Source: Hormiphora californensis
Lineage: Eukaryota > Animalia > Ctenophora
Assembly: GCA_020137815.1 (NCBI GenBank)
Contig: CM035360.1
Coordinates: forward strand, 7,874,001 to 7,938,000
Length of the DNA: 64,000 nucleotides
Direction: 5' to 3'
Both the position numbers and the translations under genes were made by a program. Position 1 is the stretch's first letter. Each line of letters opens with the position of its first letter. The notes beneath the pieces were generated by a model. The model was not told where the DNA came from, made no database searches, and was given only the letters and a program-made list of their open reading frames with translations. Below, in pieces: positions 25,501 to 40,500 of the stretch.

Positions 25501-28500
25501 TTCAACTCCTTCTTTTCATAGAGACTAGCGCACCCACTGGTTTTGGTTTTTGATAACCCACCCGGCTTCGCCGGGTGGTTCTTTCACTTTCAACGTCAAT
25601 AAAACCGTTGCCATGGCAACTGAATTGGTAACTATGGGGACTGGCCTGTTAAAAGTCATTCGAAAATATCAACAAACTTCCACTGGAAGTTCCAAAAGTG
25701 TGAGCAACAGCTTTACAGCAATTAAAGAGAAACAACGATTTTGCAGTACTAATATTCAATTAAGAACAGGAGCTTTCGACTGATCTATGTCAGACGTCTT
25801 CAGCTTTACAGCTTTGTGCCTATAAAGTGTTTTATGAAGGAGCAGTCGCTTAGATACCGCTGAACGAACGGCCACTTCGACTTCGTTCATCTCCAACTTA
25901 TAATAGAGATGATACTAATTAGAGAGTGAGCTATGACAATGACGCCGACGACAGACAGATACAACAGTACCACTTGCGCCAGGCGCCTTTGGGGCGCAGT
26001 GCGAGGTACAGTCGAACCAAACTAAACTAATTGGAGAGGTGCGACTCGAGTTTGGGCATTTGTAACCAGTTGAGATGTTTATTACTTGCTTTTGGCTTTC
26101 GTGTATAATTTCAATTGTTATCTAAAATAGTGAGACTAATTAGATAAACAATGATAATTGCATTATGTTCCACTAGTCCTAAGGCCAAGGATGACTTGCA
26201 ATTGATTGCTCACTGCATTGTTCACCGCATGTCATATCATTATGGTTGAAGGATGAATGGCAGGGATTCGAGATTAATAAATGGTATACCGCTTTATGTC
26301 GGCTGGGTGGTGTAGTGGTAACACACTCGCTTCTCATGCAGAAGGTCCCGAGTTTGAATCTCGGTTCGGGATCTAATGCAAGCCGTCTAGTTGACCAAGC
26401 TATAAATTGGTGCAGCTTCGGCTGGAAAGTAACACACCCCTGCACGTAGGGCTACCCCCCCCCCCCTACTGTAAGTTTAGTACCTCGGTACGGAGTAGCT
26501 TAGGGCTATGGATCAGAGATAAGCACCGCCGGCTTACCCAGTGATTTGGGGAGACCCACCACTTGACTTTGACTTTTTTATACCGCTTTATTCATGTCTT
26601 TGCTCTCACTTTTCGTCTCTCGATATTGCTTGTAACTGTAATTACTTTCTTTAGGCGAAAAACGCAATCCCAAGATAAAACCCAGTCGACTCAGGATGTC
26701 TCCGAAAAACTAGACGGCAGTATGGAGAGTATAGCTTACATTGCACAAACTAGAATATCGGAAAAAGATATGAAGGTTATAATTGACTTGCAGTTGAGAA
26801 ACTGTATTGAAATACTTTATCCTCTGTCTCACACTCTTGAGTGAAGCTAAGGTTTCGACAAAATCAACAACTTTCTAATATTTACCTTTAGTCCCAAGGT
26901 CCATATGAAGCCGTTCCGTTGATACGTCCGATAATATTATGTGGGCCCTCCCTTCGAGACTTTGAAGTTACAGATCTTATGCACAAAGCACTCTTTCACG
27001 CCCTCAAACAGAACTATAAGGTGAGTAATGAGTATGGATTATGATTATGTTATACCAAATTTTTACACGGACTGTAACAAAAATTACGTTAGACGTCGGA
27101 TTTTTTATGCTCGTTTTTCCTGCGCCTGATTTGATTTGAAAAAGATATTATATAAACGTACAAATTGCACATTAAATAAATACCCGACCATCGTTTTTGG
27201 GATCTCAGAGTGCGTTCTACACATCCTAAAAACGATGGTAAAAACGATACAGACAGAAAAATTTTGATTTAGGCCCTAGTTCCTGAAATATTGAGGTTAA
27301 AATTTTAGAAAGTTTGATTTTGAAATCACTACATCAGATTTTTAGTTCTCTATCTCAGGATCATAACTGTCAAGTTTCAAGGCCCAGGTCCTAGCCGTCT
27401 CTTCAGGAAGTGGAGCATAAAGTGAAAAAAAATGTTCTGAAATATCTATCGATTAGTATCGTTTTGATGTTTACATTGATTTTTGGGCCAAAAGTTAACC
27501 TCAATTTTTTCCTTAACGGTGTGTGCCCCGTATATAAGTGACTTTTTAGACCCCCCTCTGGCCTTAACAAAGGAATTAAACGCAATCATATCATGACAAA
27601 AGTAATATTTAAATCACAGGATAAGTTTAAAGTGGTCCACATAGAGGAGAAGTGGATAAAAGCATTTCACAATGCCTTAGCTAACAACAACACTAAAGCT
27701 CAAGTGGGTACCGCAGGTGAGTGACGCACATGTCTCTATGTCAGCAAGCTGTTGTTATATTCGGTAGTATGGTAGTTAAGGTCGTGCGCACTTTTTGGCG
27801 CCATTTGGCGCCAAATTGGCGCCAACTTGGCGCCACGTGGCGCCACGTGGCGATATTTTAGCGCCAAATGGCGCCAAAATTTGGCGACTGCGCACAACCG
27901 CCAATTTGGCGCCAAAATGGCGCCAAGTTGGCGGTTTTTTGGCGCCAAATGGCGCCACGTAGCGCCAAGTGGCGCCACGTGGCGATGGTAAATCGCCAAG
28001 TGTTGGCGGTATTTGGCGGTACCGCCACGTGGCGATGCGAATTTGTCTGAATAAACTGTGTCCATCGCCAAGTGGCGCCAAATTGGCGCCAAATTGGCGA
28101 TAGTACCTAAAATTCCAAATATTCATAACGTCCATCAGAGGAATTCCTATCGCCAAGTGGCGCCAAATGGCGCCAAGTGGCGCCAATTTGGCGCTAAATT
28201 GGCGATTAGATACGAATCGCCAACTTAGCGCCAAATTGGCGCTACTTGGCGATTGCCGCCAACTTAGCGCCAAATTGGCGCCAAAATGGCGATTGGCGCC
28301 AAATTAACGCCAATTTGGCGCCAAATGGCGCTACTTGGCGCCAATTTAGCGCCAAATTGGCGATTGGATACAAATCGCCAACTAAGCGCCAAATTGGCGC
28401 CAAAATGGCGATTGGCGCCAAATTAGCGCCAATTTGGCGCCAAATGGCGCTACTTGGCGCCAATTTAGCGCCAAATTAGCGATTGGATAAAAATCGCCAA

Positions 28501-31500
28501 CTTAGCGCCAAATTGGCGCCAATTTGGCGATTGTCGCCAACTTAGCGCCAATTTGGCGCCAAATGGCGCTGCTTGGCGCCAATTTAGCGCCAAATTGGCG
28601 ATTGGATACAAAACGCCAATTTAGCGCTAAGTTGGCGATTTGTATCCAATCGCCAATTTGGCGCTAAATTGGCGCCAAGCAGCGCCATTTGGCGCCAAAT
28701 TGGCGCTAAGTTGGCGACAATCGCCAAATTGGCGCCAATTTGGCGCTAAGTTGGCGATTTTCATCCAATCGCCAATTTGGCGCTAAATTGGCGCCAAGCA
28801 GCGCCACTTGGCGCCAAATTGGCGTTAATTTGGCGCCAATCGCCATTTTGGCGCCAATTTGGCGCTAAGTTGGCGATTTGTATCCAATCGCCAATTTGGC
28901 GCTAAATTGGCGCCAAGTAGCGCCATTTGGCGCCAAATTGGCGCTAATTTGGCGGCAATCGCCATTTTGGCGCTAAGTTGGCGGCAATCGCCAAGCAGCG
29001 CCAATTTGGCGCCAAGATTGCGCCAAAGAGGTGGTTAATTTCCGCTTCTGAACGTTCCCACTCGCCAAGTGGCGCCAAGAGTGAAAAGTACATGGCGCCA
29101 ATTTGGCGCCAATTTGGCGCCACTTGGCGATGGACACAGTTTATTCAGACAAATTCGCATCGCCACGTGGCGGTACCGCCAAATACCGCCAACACTTGGC
29201 GATTTACCATCGCCACGTGGCGCCACTTGGCGCTACGTGGCGCCATTTGGCGCCAAAAAATCGCCAACTTGGCGCCATTTTGGCGCCAAATTGGCGGTTG
29301 TGCGCAGTCGCCAAATTTTGGCGCCATTTGGCGCTAAAATATCGCCACGTGGCGCCACGTGGCGCCAAGTTGGCGCCAATTTGGCGCCAAATGGCGCCAA
29401 AAAGTGCGCACGACCTTAACTACCATACTACCTTATATTCTGTTTTTCCTTGTCATACACTGACTGTACATCGCGCAACCTCGATGCACAGTCATACCCC
29501 AAACCCTGCTTTATCACGCGCAAAGATGAAACGAGGCGTGTTAAACACAGTTTGAACTCTTCTGAGGGCTCGCGCGACTTTCCCACGGCCCGTGGGAAAA
29601 GCGAGAGATTCGTTCAGACTATAGAGAGAGAAGAGTTGGCACGTGTTAGCATTTGCCGTGTGCGGCGCATTTCAGATTCAAGTAGACCTTTTGGGGTGAG
29701 ACCCTCCTCGCTACGCGGCCTCACGTAGCCGCACCGGGCCTTCGGCCCGGTATGGAGAGGAGGGTCTCATGTATGAGACAAGTTTTTCCTCACCCTTTGA
29801 ATGAGTTCCTACGATTATTGTAAAACATTTGGTTAAAAAAATTAGCCCTACCCTGGCCCAATTACATGGGCCGAAGTATGCCCATATATGGGCATATTCA
29901 TATCATAAAATGTTTTTGGGGCGTTATTTTGAAAAAAAAAACACAAACATATGAATCGCCTCATGAGAACCAGTGTAACCATCATTTTCAGTCTGACTCT
30001 GAAGCTTCAGAACTCCATTTTATTATGAAAACAAGAATAACTGCATTAATATTATGTTTCATAATGCTATGTTTCCCCGCCAACCTTTCATTTCTTACAT
30101 GAAGGCGGGACAGACGTTTCGGATCATTTATACATCACTCAAACAGTATAGAACAAATCCTTGCGTTTTAGTAGCACTAAATTGCGTGCGACATTGCGGA
30201 ATTGTGCGCCACACATTTCCTGAAAACGTTTCAATGAAGTGGTTTATGAAGGAGCAGGTTGTTGTTGTGTTGCGTCGCTCTAGTTGCTACACGTTGCCCC
30301 TCGCAACCTGAAACGGGACAAGAGAGCTGACTTGCTACAGGTAGTCACTATGTCCGTTACAGATTTCTAAACCCCTATGCCTTTTTGCAAAAGATATCCG
30401 GGTGAAGGCCTTCGGCCTTCACCCGGGCGGGGAAAAAGTTTTTCCCTGCCCGTGTGAATGCCCGAAGGGCATTCACCCGGGATGATGTTTTTAGCACGCA
30501 CGTGCTAAAAAGATCATTCAGGGTTTAGAAATCAGCAGATTGTGTAGTCAACTAAATGTCCGTCTGTCCGTCCGTCCACCGTTACACATAGTAACAAAGT
30601 CTGCTCTTTCATAAAATTAAAACTTATTGATGCAACAAAGGAAATGATTAACATGCATTGTGGCGCACAATTATTCACTCGTATCACTTCCTACCTTCAC
30701 AAAAAATCACTTTGGGTACCCTACAGCCGTACCATGACATGGTAACAAGTCTTCCAATCATGAAACTACTATCACACAATACAGTCGGACCCCGATTTAG
30801 GGACACCCTCGGGGGAAAGGCTCTTGTCCAATAAATCGGGGTGTCCACTAAATCGGGGTCAAATAAGGTTAATTTCCTATATCGGGGGAAAAAAATCCTG
30901 TCCCTAAATCGGGGTGCCACTAAATCGGGGGCCCCTAAATCGGGGTCCGACTGTAATTGCAAGTGACTGGAGTTAAGATGAGCTAGGGTAAAGTTAAACC
31001 ACTTGGTAACCAACCAGGGTCTCCTAAGCAACTACCTTGGTTATCATAGCATCCGGTTTTGAAGCTTAGTCATCAATTTTACACTCATTTGTGACAGGGA
31101 AACACCGCATTATGAATACATAATGCAATAATTCTTGTTTTTCTACATTTTTTTCCTGCACATTTTCTTACTTTTGTAGTGGGGACAAATTTTTGAGTTT
31201 TTATTTATCGGAAAGCAAATTCCGGTTATAACCGACTGATTTTGGCCTGCTGAACACGATCCTGCAGTATATTAAAAAGCTATCAAAATTGAAGAACATG
31301 ACTAAAATGAACATTTTTGGTCCAAAATAAACATTTTCAGGTAAAAAATGAACTTTGGCTAACCGAGGGGCATCCACCCGTATGATCGTTTTAGCACGTG
31401 TGCTAAAAAGATCATAAAGGGTTTAGAAATCTCGGATTTGAAATAGTAACTCGAGCGTGGTCAAAATCGCGTGTGTCACGGTAGCAGCCTGACAACCGCG

Positions 31501-34500
31501 ATGCTGACAATTTTGAAAAGTTCGTCCGCAAAGTTAATTCACTACGGATTGTGGTGGCGCGCGCTCAAAATTTGCTGCGCGCGGCGCTGTTGTTCTCACA
31601 CCTTGCGCGTTACAGCAGAGCGCTGCTATACTAGCGCTCGAATGGATTTACCCCCATAAAAAAGTCGCTTGGCAAATTCCCTCGTCGCTCGGCAATTGGT
31701 TCGGCAACAACAGGTGGTTTGCCGAGCCAGTCGCTCGGCTAATCAAGGAAGTCGCCGTGTTTTCACCGCGTTCTTACAGAAAAAGTACATTTTTCAGCAC
31801 TTTTTTTCAAAATCTCCTGCTGAAAAATACAAAGTGCTGAAAAAATGTGCTTTTTCTGTAAGAACGCGGTGAAATCACGGAGACTTCCTTGATTAGCCGA
31901 GCGACTGGCTCGGCAAACCACCTGTTGTTGCCGAACCAATTGCCGAGCGACGAGGGAATTTGCCAAGCGACTTTTTTATGGGGGTAACTTCTTAGTTAAT
32001 CTGATCGAAACTAAAAGCTCAGCTCGTTAGTATGGTGATTGACGGAACGTGAGAAGTTCCTATGCATAGCTTAGTGTCACATAACATTGTAATTAGGCGT
32101 TGGCGACGACGATCATATCACATTGCACGGTATCATATAGTGTGGGCGGCGCTTAACAGATCTCATCGCTTATCAGTGAATGTGATCGGTTTCAGTATTC
32201 GTTGGCAGGGAAACACAGCATTATGAAACATAATGCAATAATAATTCTTGTTTTCCCCCAAAAATTTTTTGAATTTTTTTTGTGAAATTTTTTGTGAAAT
32301 TTTTTTGAAAATTTTTCAAAAAGATACCAGCCACGTCCGAATCGTGTTTCGAATCAGTGAATCTTATCGCATGTCCTGCTGCTAATTAGACGGTTCGGAA
32401 CGAACCGATACGTGATCCCCATGGGACCATTGAATCACAAGTTCACCAAGCGTCAAAATTTCGATTCGATGGGGATAACGTTTTGATTCGTTCCGAACCG
32501 TCTAATTAGCAGCAGGACATGCGATAAGATGCACCGATTCGAAACACGATTCGGACGTGGCTGGTATACCTTTTTAAAAAAATTTAAAACTTTTTTGCAA
32601 AATTTTACAGTACGATTGTCAATGCTTTGATCGGTGCTCCCCATAAATTTTGAGAGAAAAAGTTATTTTTAAATTTTGATACTTCCTCACCCGCTTAGGG
32701 TGCCCCGATTCAGTATGGTATCACGTATTGGTTCGTTTCGAATCCGCTAATTAGACAGGACATCCAGTAAGCTGCACAGATTCGAAACACAAATCGGACG
32801 GGCTGGTACAATAACGTTAAATAATAAATTTTTCACATTTTTTTTGAAAAAAAACTATTATATTTTTGCCAGTCCATGTGTTTCGAAGGGCAATCATGGC
32901 ATGTCTTTTTAGACGTGTAAAAAAGATCATCATGGTGTCGAACGCAATTTTGGTGTTAAACTAAACGTTCGTCGTCTTCCGTCACGACAGACGCGATAGA
33001 CATGATCGAAACACGATCGCGTGGTTGATATACCTTTAAAATCTTTATCTACTTTTGATTCAAAATTTTACAGAATGATTGTCAATGCTTTGATCGGTGC
33101 TCCCCATGAATTTTCAGAGAAAAATATATTTTGAAATTCAAATTCTTCCTCCTCGCCCCGATTCGGCATGGTATCACGTATCAGTTCGTCTAATTAGCAG
33201 CAAGACATGCGATAAGATGCACTGATTCGATAAACGATTCAGACGTGGTTGATAAAGTACCTTAGAAAATTTTTATAACTCATTTTTAAATTATTTTGAA
33301 ATTGCTTTCTTTTACTAATCAGAAATGATCATGTAATCAATACATTGCATTTAACCGTGGGGGCTGCGTAAGTGTCTGGCAAGTACAATGACTGACTGAC
33401 ATTAAGAATGCCATGATATTAACTGACCACAACACGATGACAGACGCTATGACGAGGTTGCAATGTCGTTCTGCCCTAACGGGCAGAGTTTGGCACGCTA
33501 TAACCTATCTGTACCACCACCACCACATTGCATTTAACACTTAGAGGTGTTTTAGTACAGCATTTTGGACAAAAATAGGGTTTTAATATGCTCTACCCCG
33601 ATTTAACGGACACCCCGATTTAACGGACAAAACCCTTTCCCCCGAGGGTGCCGTTAAATCGGGGTCCGACTGTATATTTAGGTGCCGGCAGGCACCTCCG
33701 ACCCGAAGAAAACAGAAAAAACGAAAAAAAAATTTTTGCCCCTGCACCAAATCCAAAAAGTGACGGCCCTATATAGCAGAAGAATAGAAGATTTTCGGGG
33801 GGGGGGGGGGGGGGCAAATTTCAGGCAGCGATTGCGGCCACATCGTTTGAGATATCGACCTGAAATTTTGTAGGCATGTTCTAGTAGTATAACTACGTGT
33901 CATAACGTGGCCGGATTTTTGATTTTTTAATTAATTAATTAATTATAAGCTATCAAAATTTGCCCCTGCACATTGCCCCTGTACATTTCGATTTTTTGCC
34001 CCTGCACGCGTGCCCCTGCACACGGTTTATCTTCCGTTCTGCTTGAAATATCGACTTGAAACTTTGTAGGAATGTTCTTCAATCATAAAAAATGATATTC
34101 GAAAAGTGGGAGTATTGAAAATTAATTAATTAATTAGTTATAGGCATGCAAAAATTGACTTTTTTAGGGCCCCCTGCACTTTTTTTGAAAATGTACAGGG
34201 GCAAATACCCCTGCACATTTTTTGCAATTTTGATATTCAAACTGTGGCCAAACTGTTTGTTTTTTCGAAATGAAACTTTGTATGCATGTTCTAGTAGTAT
34301 AACTACGAGTCATAAAAAGGCTGGATTTCTTATTTTTAATTTAACTAATTAATTATAAGTAATTAAAATTTTGCCCCTGCACCATCTTTCCCCTGCACCG
34401 CTGATTTCGACCCCCTGCACATTTCCTGAACAAGGCAACTAAAAATGGTATATTTTCTGTTCTGCTATAAATAACGACCTAAAATTTTGTAGTAATGTAG

Positions 34501-37500
34501 TTCATGCATATAGAAAGATTGACAAAAAGTGGGAATAGTCAAAATTAATTATCCAATTAATTATAAGTAATTAAAATTTTGCCCCTGCACAATTTTGTTT
34601 GCCCCTGCACAATTTTTGCAACTTTGATATTCAAACTGTGGCCACACCGTTTGAAATTTCGAAATGAAACTTTGTATGTATGTTCTAGTAGTATAAATAC
34701 GAGTCATAACGGAGCCGGATTTTTGATTTTCTAATTAATTAATTAATAATAATCAATTAAAACTTTTGCCCCTGCACAGTTTTGGCAAATTTGATATTCA
34801 AACTTTGAGCCTTTGTGAAAGTTTCATACAGATGCTGGCGATAGACTCGATAGAGTTCGATTAATTTACTATGACAACGGTGTTGGTTACCATAGTAACC
34901 AGGGAATTCGTTGTAAAATAGTCCTTTCTTGCTATAAACAATATAGTTAACGTGTAGCGCACGCCACAAAAGTTTTAAATTTAAGTTTTTGGGTGAAAAA
35001 TAAATGGACTTTAACAATCGAAACAATGTGTGCCATTAGATCCTGAACCGAGAAACGAATATTTGTCAAATCGAATTTTGTTTAATGCGTGCCCCCGGTT
35101 CCCATTATTAAATATCGGACTATATGTTAGCAACTTCGGGTCGGACGAGGGGAAGCTTGCCTTTTGCGAACATATATATATATATACATCATGGCGCGCT
35201 TGCACTGCGTGCAGAAGGTTATGTACTATGATATAAATCAGGTTTCAGCTCCTAGCTGAAGCACTTAGCTGTAAGCAACCCGCACACTTAACCCTCTTAT
35301 CACCGTTTTCAGAGGCAATGGATCATGTGGTTCAAAAAGTATTCGAAGCTTCAAAATCCTTCAACTTACTGTTTATAGATCTGAAAATTAATTTCCCGGT
35401 TGCGATCAAGAAAACGCCAATTGCCCCTCTCCTTGTCCACATAAAAATTGGCAACACCAAGGTATGTTATTTTAGTGTTTATATATGCATATAATATTTG
35501 GTAGTATGAAAGATTAGGTCGTGCACGCCAAATGGCATCATCATTTTCGCCAAATGGCACCACGTGGCGAACAAATGGCGCCACTTGGCGCCAAAATGTG
35601 GCGAGTGCACACTATCGCCATTTCTGGCGCCAAATGGTGATTCGCCAAATGTTGGCGACTCTTGGCGGTATCGCCACGTGGTGATGGGATGAAGTCTGAA
35701 AAAAACTATGCACAAAATTTTCATCGCCAATTGGCGACGAACGGCGTCATATGGCGCCAAGAATCGCCAAATGGCGCCAAATGTCGCCATTTGGCGCAAA
35801 ATTTTTGTCAAATGTTTGTCGCCATTTGGCGCGGAACGTCGCCATATGGCGCCAAATGGCGACGTTTAGCGCCATATGGCGACATCTGGCGCCAAACATT
35901 TTGAGCCATATGTCGCCATCTGGCGCTATATGGCGACATTTGGTGCCAAATGGCGACGTTTGGCGTCAAATGGCGACGTTTGGCGCCATATGGCGACAAT
36001 CGTTTGACAAACATTTGGCGCCATATGGCGACAAACAGCGCCATTTGGCGAATTAATCGCCAGTTGGCGCCACTTGGCGCATAACGGGGAGTGTTCTACT
36101 TTAAAAATAATAAAAATATTGTTGATACATCGACAATTAGCGCCAAATGGCGATGTTTGGCGATGAGTATCACCAAATGGCGCCATTCGGCGCCACTTTG
36201 TGACGATTGTCGCCGGATGGCGCCAGATGTCGCCAAACGGCGCCATTTGGCGACTTGATCTCCTGATCGCTTAATGGCGCCATTTGGCGATAAAAATTTT
36301 GCGTATGTTTTTTTCAGACTTCATCCCATTGCCACGTGGCGATACCGCCATTCCGCCAAGAGTCGCCAATATTTGGCGAATGGCAATCGCCATTGGCGCC
36401 ACGTGGCCATTTGGCGATAGTGCGCACTCGCCACATTTTGGCGCCAAATGGCGTCATTTGTTTGCCACGTGGCGCCATTTGGCGAAAATGATGGCGCCAT
36501 ATGGCACCATTTGGCGCACACGACCTAATCTTTCATACTACCTAATATTTACGTTCGTAAAAGCGTCCGACCCAACGCGTACCCAGTATAATCTAGAGGG
36601 TACGCAAGGATAGTCCTAAATTTGGGTTGCCAAAGTGTTACCAAAGTTTTATCATAGTTTGACCTAAGTGTGACCAACTTAACTTACGAATTACTTGACT
36701 TAAGCCTCATCCTACTGGGTGGTGGTCGAATCGATGTATTTCTATTAGGATATATGCCAAAAACTATCAGAAATTAGTTGGCTGGAAAGGTGAGCACTTT
36801 TGTTGTCAAAACTGACACCTTTACCCGGCTTCTAATCACTAATGCAATGTTACAAAAACCCAGCACTATCTCATCCAGGGATGGAAATGGTTATGGGATG
36901 TGTGTCGTTGCTGGTTACTTCCACCTCTCACATGACAAGTCCGATTCAGTCCACATCTGCGTGGTCCATCCTGGTAACGTCACTCTGTTAAGAGAGAGAG
37001 GGAGTGAGTGAGCGAGTTAGAGAGAGTTCTGAGAGAGTGACGGCTAAATGACTACGGACGTCCAGACAACTTTGGATATTTTCAATTCTGACTCACGTCA
37101 CCTGACTTACGTCACCTGAGGGCCCTGCCCGTTAAACCGGCTGCTGTATCGCCTGCAAAACTGCTCTCTTGCCCATTGCTGTTTTCATGACAGTGCAGGG
37201 CTGAGATAAACGGAGACAACAACTCAGACAACAACTCGCCAGTGACTGAGTGACCTAGTCACACACGGCACCCCCGCTACACAGCACCCCCGCCAGTGAC
37301 TACGTCACACACGGCAACTGAGGGCTCCGCCTGTCGACCCGGCTGCTGTCGCCTGCAAAACAGCTCTCTTTCCCAATGCTGTCTTTATGACAGGGCAGAG
37401 ATAAACCCAGTGGCCAGTAATAACCAAGTAGGGGCTGGTCGCCCCTAGGGAACACCTGCCACAACAGAACCATCCCAAGCTTACGCAAATGCGTGATGTC

Positions 37501-40500
37501 ACACGTACTAACAACAAGCAAGTGATAAACCTACCTATCTGAAAAACCCTTTAGTTGATAGGGAAAGACCATTATAATTTTACAAATCATGTAAATAATG
37601 ATAAATCTTGTATCAGTGATACTATCACTTTGTAAATAACTAGTAGGCCCGTTCGCCCTACGGGCGAATTTCGGGGAAATGGTAGCTGGATTAGGGAACG
37701 CTGACATCACATGCACTATCCGTTCCTAGCCTATCTCTCACTTTCTCCCTATCCATATTGTTGTACGCTCTGGGCTTCCTGACAATGTCAAGGTGCGAAT
37801 TTAAGAGATCAATGTCATGGAGGTGCAGTGCTGTTCCAGAAACTCATCACGTGAAAACTTCGCCGCTATGTAGCCGATTCGGAGATTTCTATATTCGACT
37901 GGAGTAATCACCCTTGGGCGACGTTGGGTAAAGTTATCCGTAGTCGTTGATTGGCTCGCTTGAACACGTTGGCGTAATATGTCATATATTCTCTAGCCTG
38001 CTCCCTGACAGCAGCAGATCTTCCGGACCCAGATGACCGTTGCCGAATAGCGCCTGGGGTGGAAGAGCTAGACATCAGGACAGAAGTAGAAGAATGCACG
38101 TGCAGAATTGAATTGGCCCTTGGTACCCAACTACAACCGGCAGATAGGTCTCCAAGTCCCTCTAATAATTGCACGTGCAAGTGTAGTTGCTAGGTGATGT
38201 AGCACTGATCATTTGAATAGTAAGTAGTATGATATGATGGTACCCACTTTCAAACAGCAAGACGCTTAAACTGAGACCCATCGCATTAATTACGCGAAGC
38301 CTTGAGTGAATGATACTGGTCAAATGCATTCAGGGACAACCCTAGATTTTTTATTTTTTGAGTAAACACACACACACATTGAGCAAGCTCAATTTATAAA
38401 TAGTCTATACCCTGGCCACCCGGCGATGGCAACATCGCTTGTCCGCACCCCTTGGTCCGTACCTCGTGGTGTAAAGATAAGCATTTAATCCCCTTAATAG
38501 GTAATCAATGATATCCGGCAAACACACCTACTTCCACAGTCGTTATGACAGTGGTAACCAGAGACCAACCAATTGGACTGTAAGTCCCATCACATGTCTG
38601 CGGAGAGAGATTACTCCGTGCCTATCCGATTCAGACTCGCAATTCGCATGCTCCTCTTGTAGTCTTGTGGTACCACAAGGAGACTGCTCGGAAGCCAGTA
38701 GAATCTAAGTGGAATCATACCGACAATGATCCTACGTGTGGGGGTCATTGGCGAGGAGTGAGGTCAGACCGGACCGGCTGAGGGGTCATCAATAACCTCA
38801 GCATGGGGAGGTGCCCACACACACACTCTCATTCAGGTTCCACCTCTTGATATGGGTTCCACACTTACATACCAACAACCTCCATACCAACATCCCCCAT
38901 ACCACATAGGTATGGAGGGTGTTGGTATGGAAGCGTTTTGTGAGGTTCAGTGACCTCCATACCAACTCATAGATTATATTTAGAGAGTTGGTATGGAGGG
39001 TATTAAAGTCTCTATAACGCTTCCATACCAACTCGATGCAGCCATACCAACTTGTGAAAATCCTTGATATCTGGGTGTATGGCACTGTCAATTAGAGCTG
39101 GCCCGATACGGAATTCAAGTGGCTTAGCTATGGGTGGGGTGTGCCTTTCACGTACTGAGTGTGTTTAGTTTAATGCAATACAAACGTAAGATATCACTGT
39201 GGTCTGTGTCTTACCCTCAACCAACAGCCAACAATTCCTATTACAGTGGCCTAGGAATGTGGCTCCGATGTAGCTCTTACCGATACAGCTGGTGCACTGT
39301 GCAAGTAACCTTTTATGCCAGGTTTTTCTATCGGCGGTTCAGCCTAGTGGAATACGTGTTGTAATACGTATTGCATCTTGTCACTACCTCTTTCACAAGA
39401 GAAGTTGGTAGTACCAACACCCTCATGCCACACTCAACCCAACCCTTTAGGGTCTAAACCCCAAACCCCTCCGAAACCTCCATCTAAACCACCTAAACCC
39501 ATCCTAAACATCACCCATCAAATCTGAACAGAAGTAAATCACCAAGATATAGTATGTACATAACTACATACTTGCATAATAAAAAGCAAGTAAGCAAACC
39601 TGAAACCAGCCATACAGACCAAACTGAGTGAGGATTCAGGGTGAAAGAGTTGTTAGTACGAAGACGGTGTATGAGTATGTACGTGATTTATTTCTGTTCA
39701 GATTTGAGGGGTGATGTTTATGTGGTCTAGATGGAGGTTTAGGAGGGCCGAGGGGTTTAGGGTTTAGACCTTATAAGGTTGAGTTGAGTGCAGTATGAGG
39801 GTGTTGGTACTCGTGATGGTATGGTGGTAATATATTTCCACAAATTGACTTCGATCTTGCACATGTGTCCATGTCACCAACAGTACATGTAGGCCACTAT
39901 TATAGGAGCACCATAGTTTTCAGTGGCTGGGTAACACGGTATAGACACCTATTACAGGGACACCAAGACCAGGAAAGATGGAGCAAGCTGCAAGGGGAGG
40001 TTTAATTTAAGTTGTTGGCCGTTGGGAGAGGGCAAGACACAGACCACAGTAATATCTTACGTTTGTGTGTTTGTTAAAGACGTCTTAGGAACCTGGGATA
40101 CTGAGTTCTCCCCATCATCTTGGTCTATAATTCTGATAGTATTTTCATGCTAGCCTTGATGGAAAATATAGGGGAGACCCCAGTAACTCAGTCTTACTCC
40201 AACCGACATACACGATACCCAGTGCAGGTACCCTTAATCCTTATTGGTACCGAACACAGAGTCAGATGCGAGAGGCATCGCTGTCCTGGGTATCGTGCCG
40301 GATCTTGAAGTGTCTCCGACGTGGAGGGATTTTGGAAGAAGTGGGAATCGGGAAGATTAGAAGAGAGAGGTTGAGGAGCACATTTCTGATGACTCGAGGA
40401 CAGTCGGGGAGATCAGAATGGCTATAGTGGCCAGTGGGTGGATGTATGGGTGGATGTATGGAGGATTATCGCGTCGTCCGTTGTAGTAAAGTCAAGACAT

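Noticed and set aside
26301-26372. tRNA gene
   Set aside because: The acceptor stem does not pair, the B-box is degenerate, and it continues into a SINE body with a tail and TSD.
27736-29555. Many overlapping MAP/WRQ/GAKL-rich ORFs (also 35366-36613)
   Set aside because: They are translations of the stop-poor GGCGCC foldback elements, are mirrored on both strands and are bounded by TIRs and TSDs.
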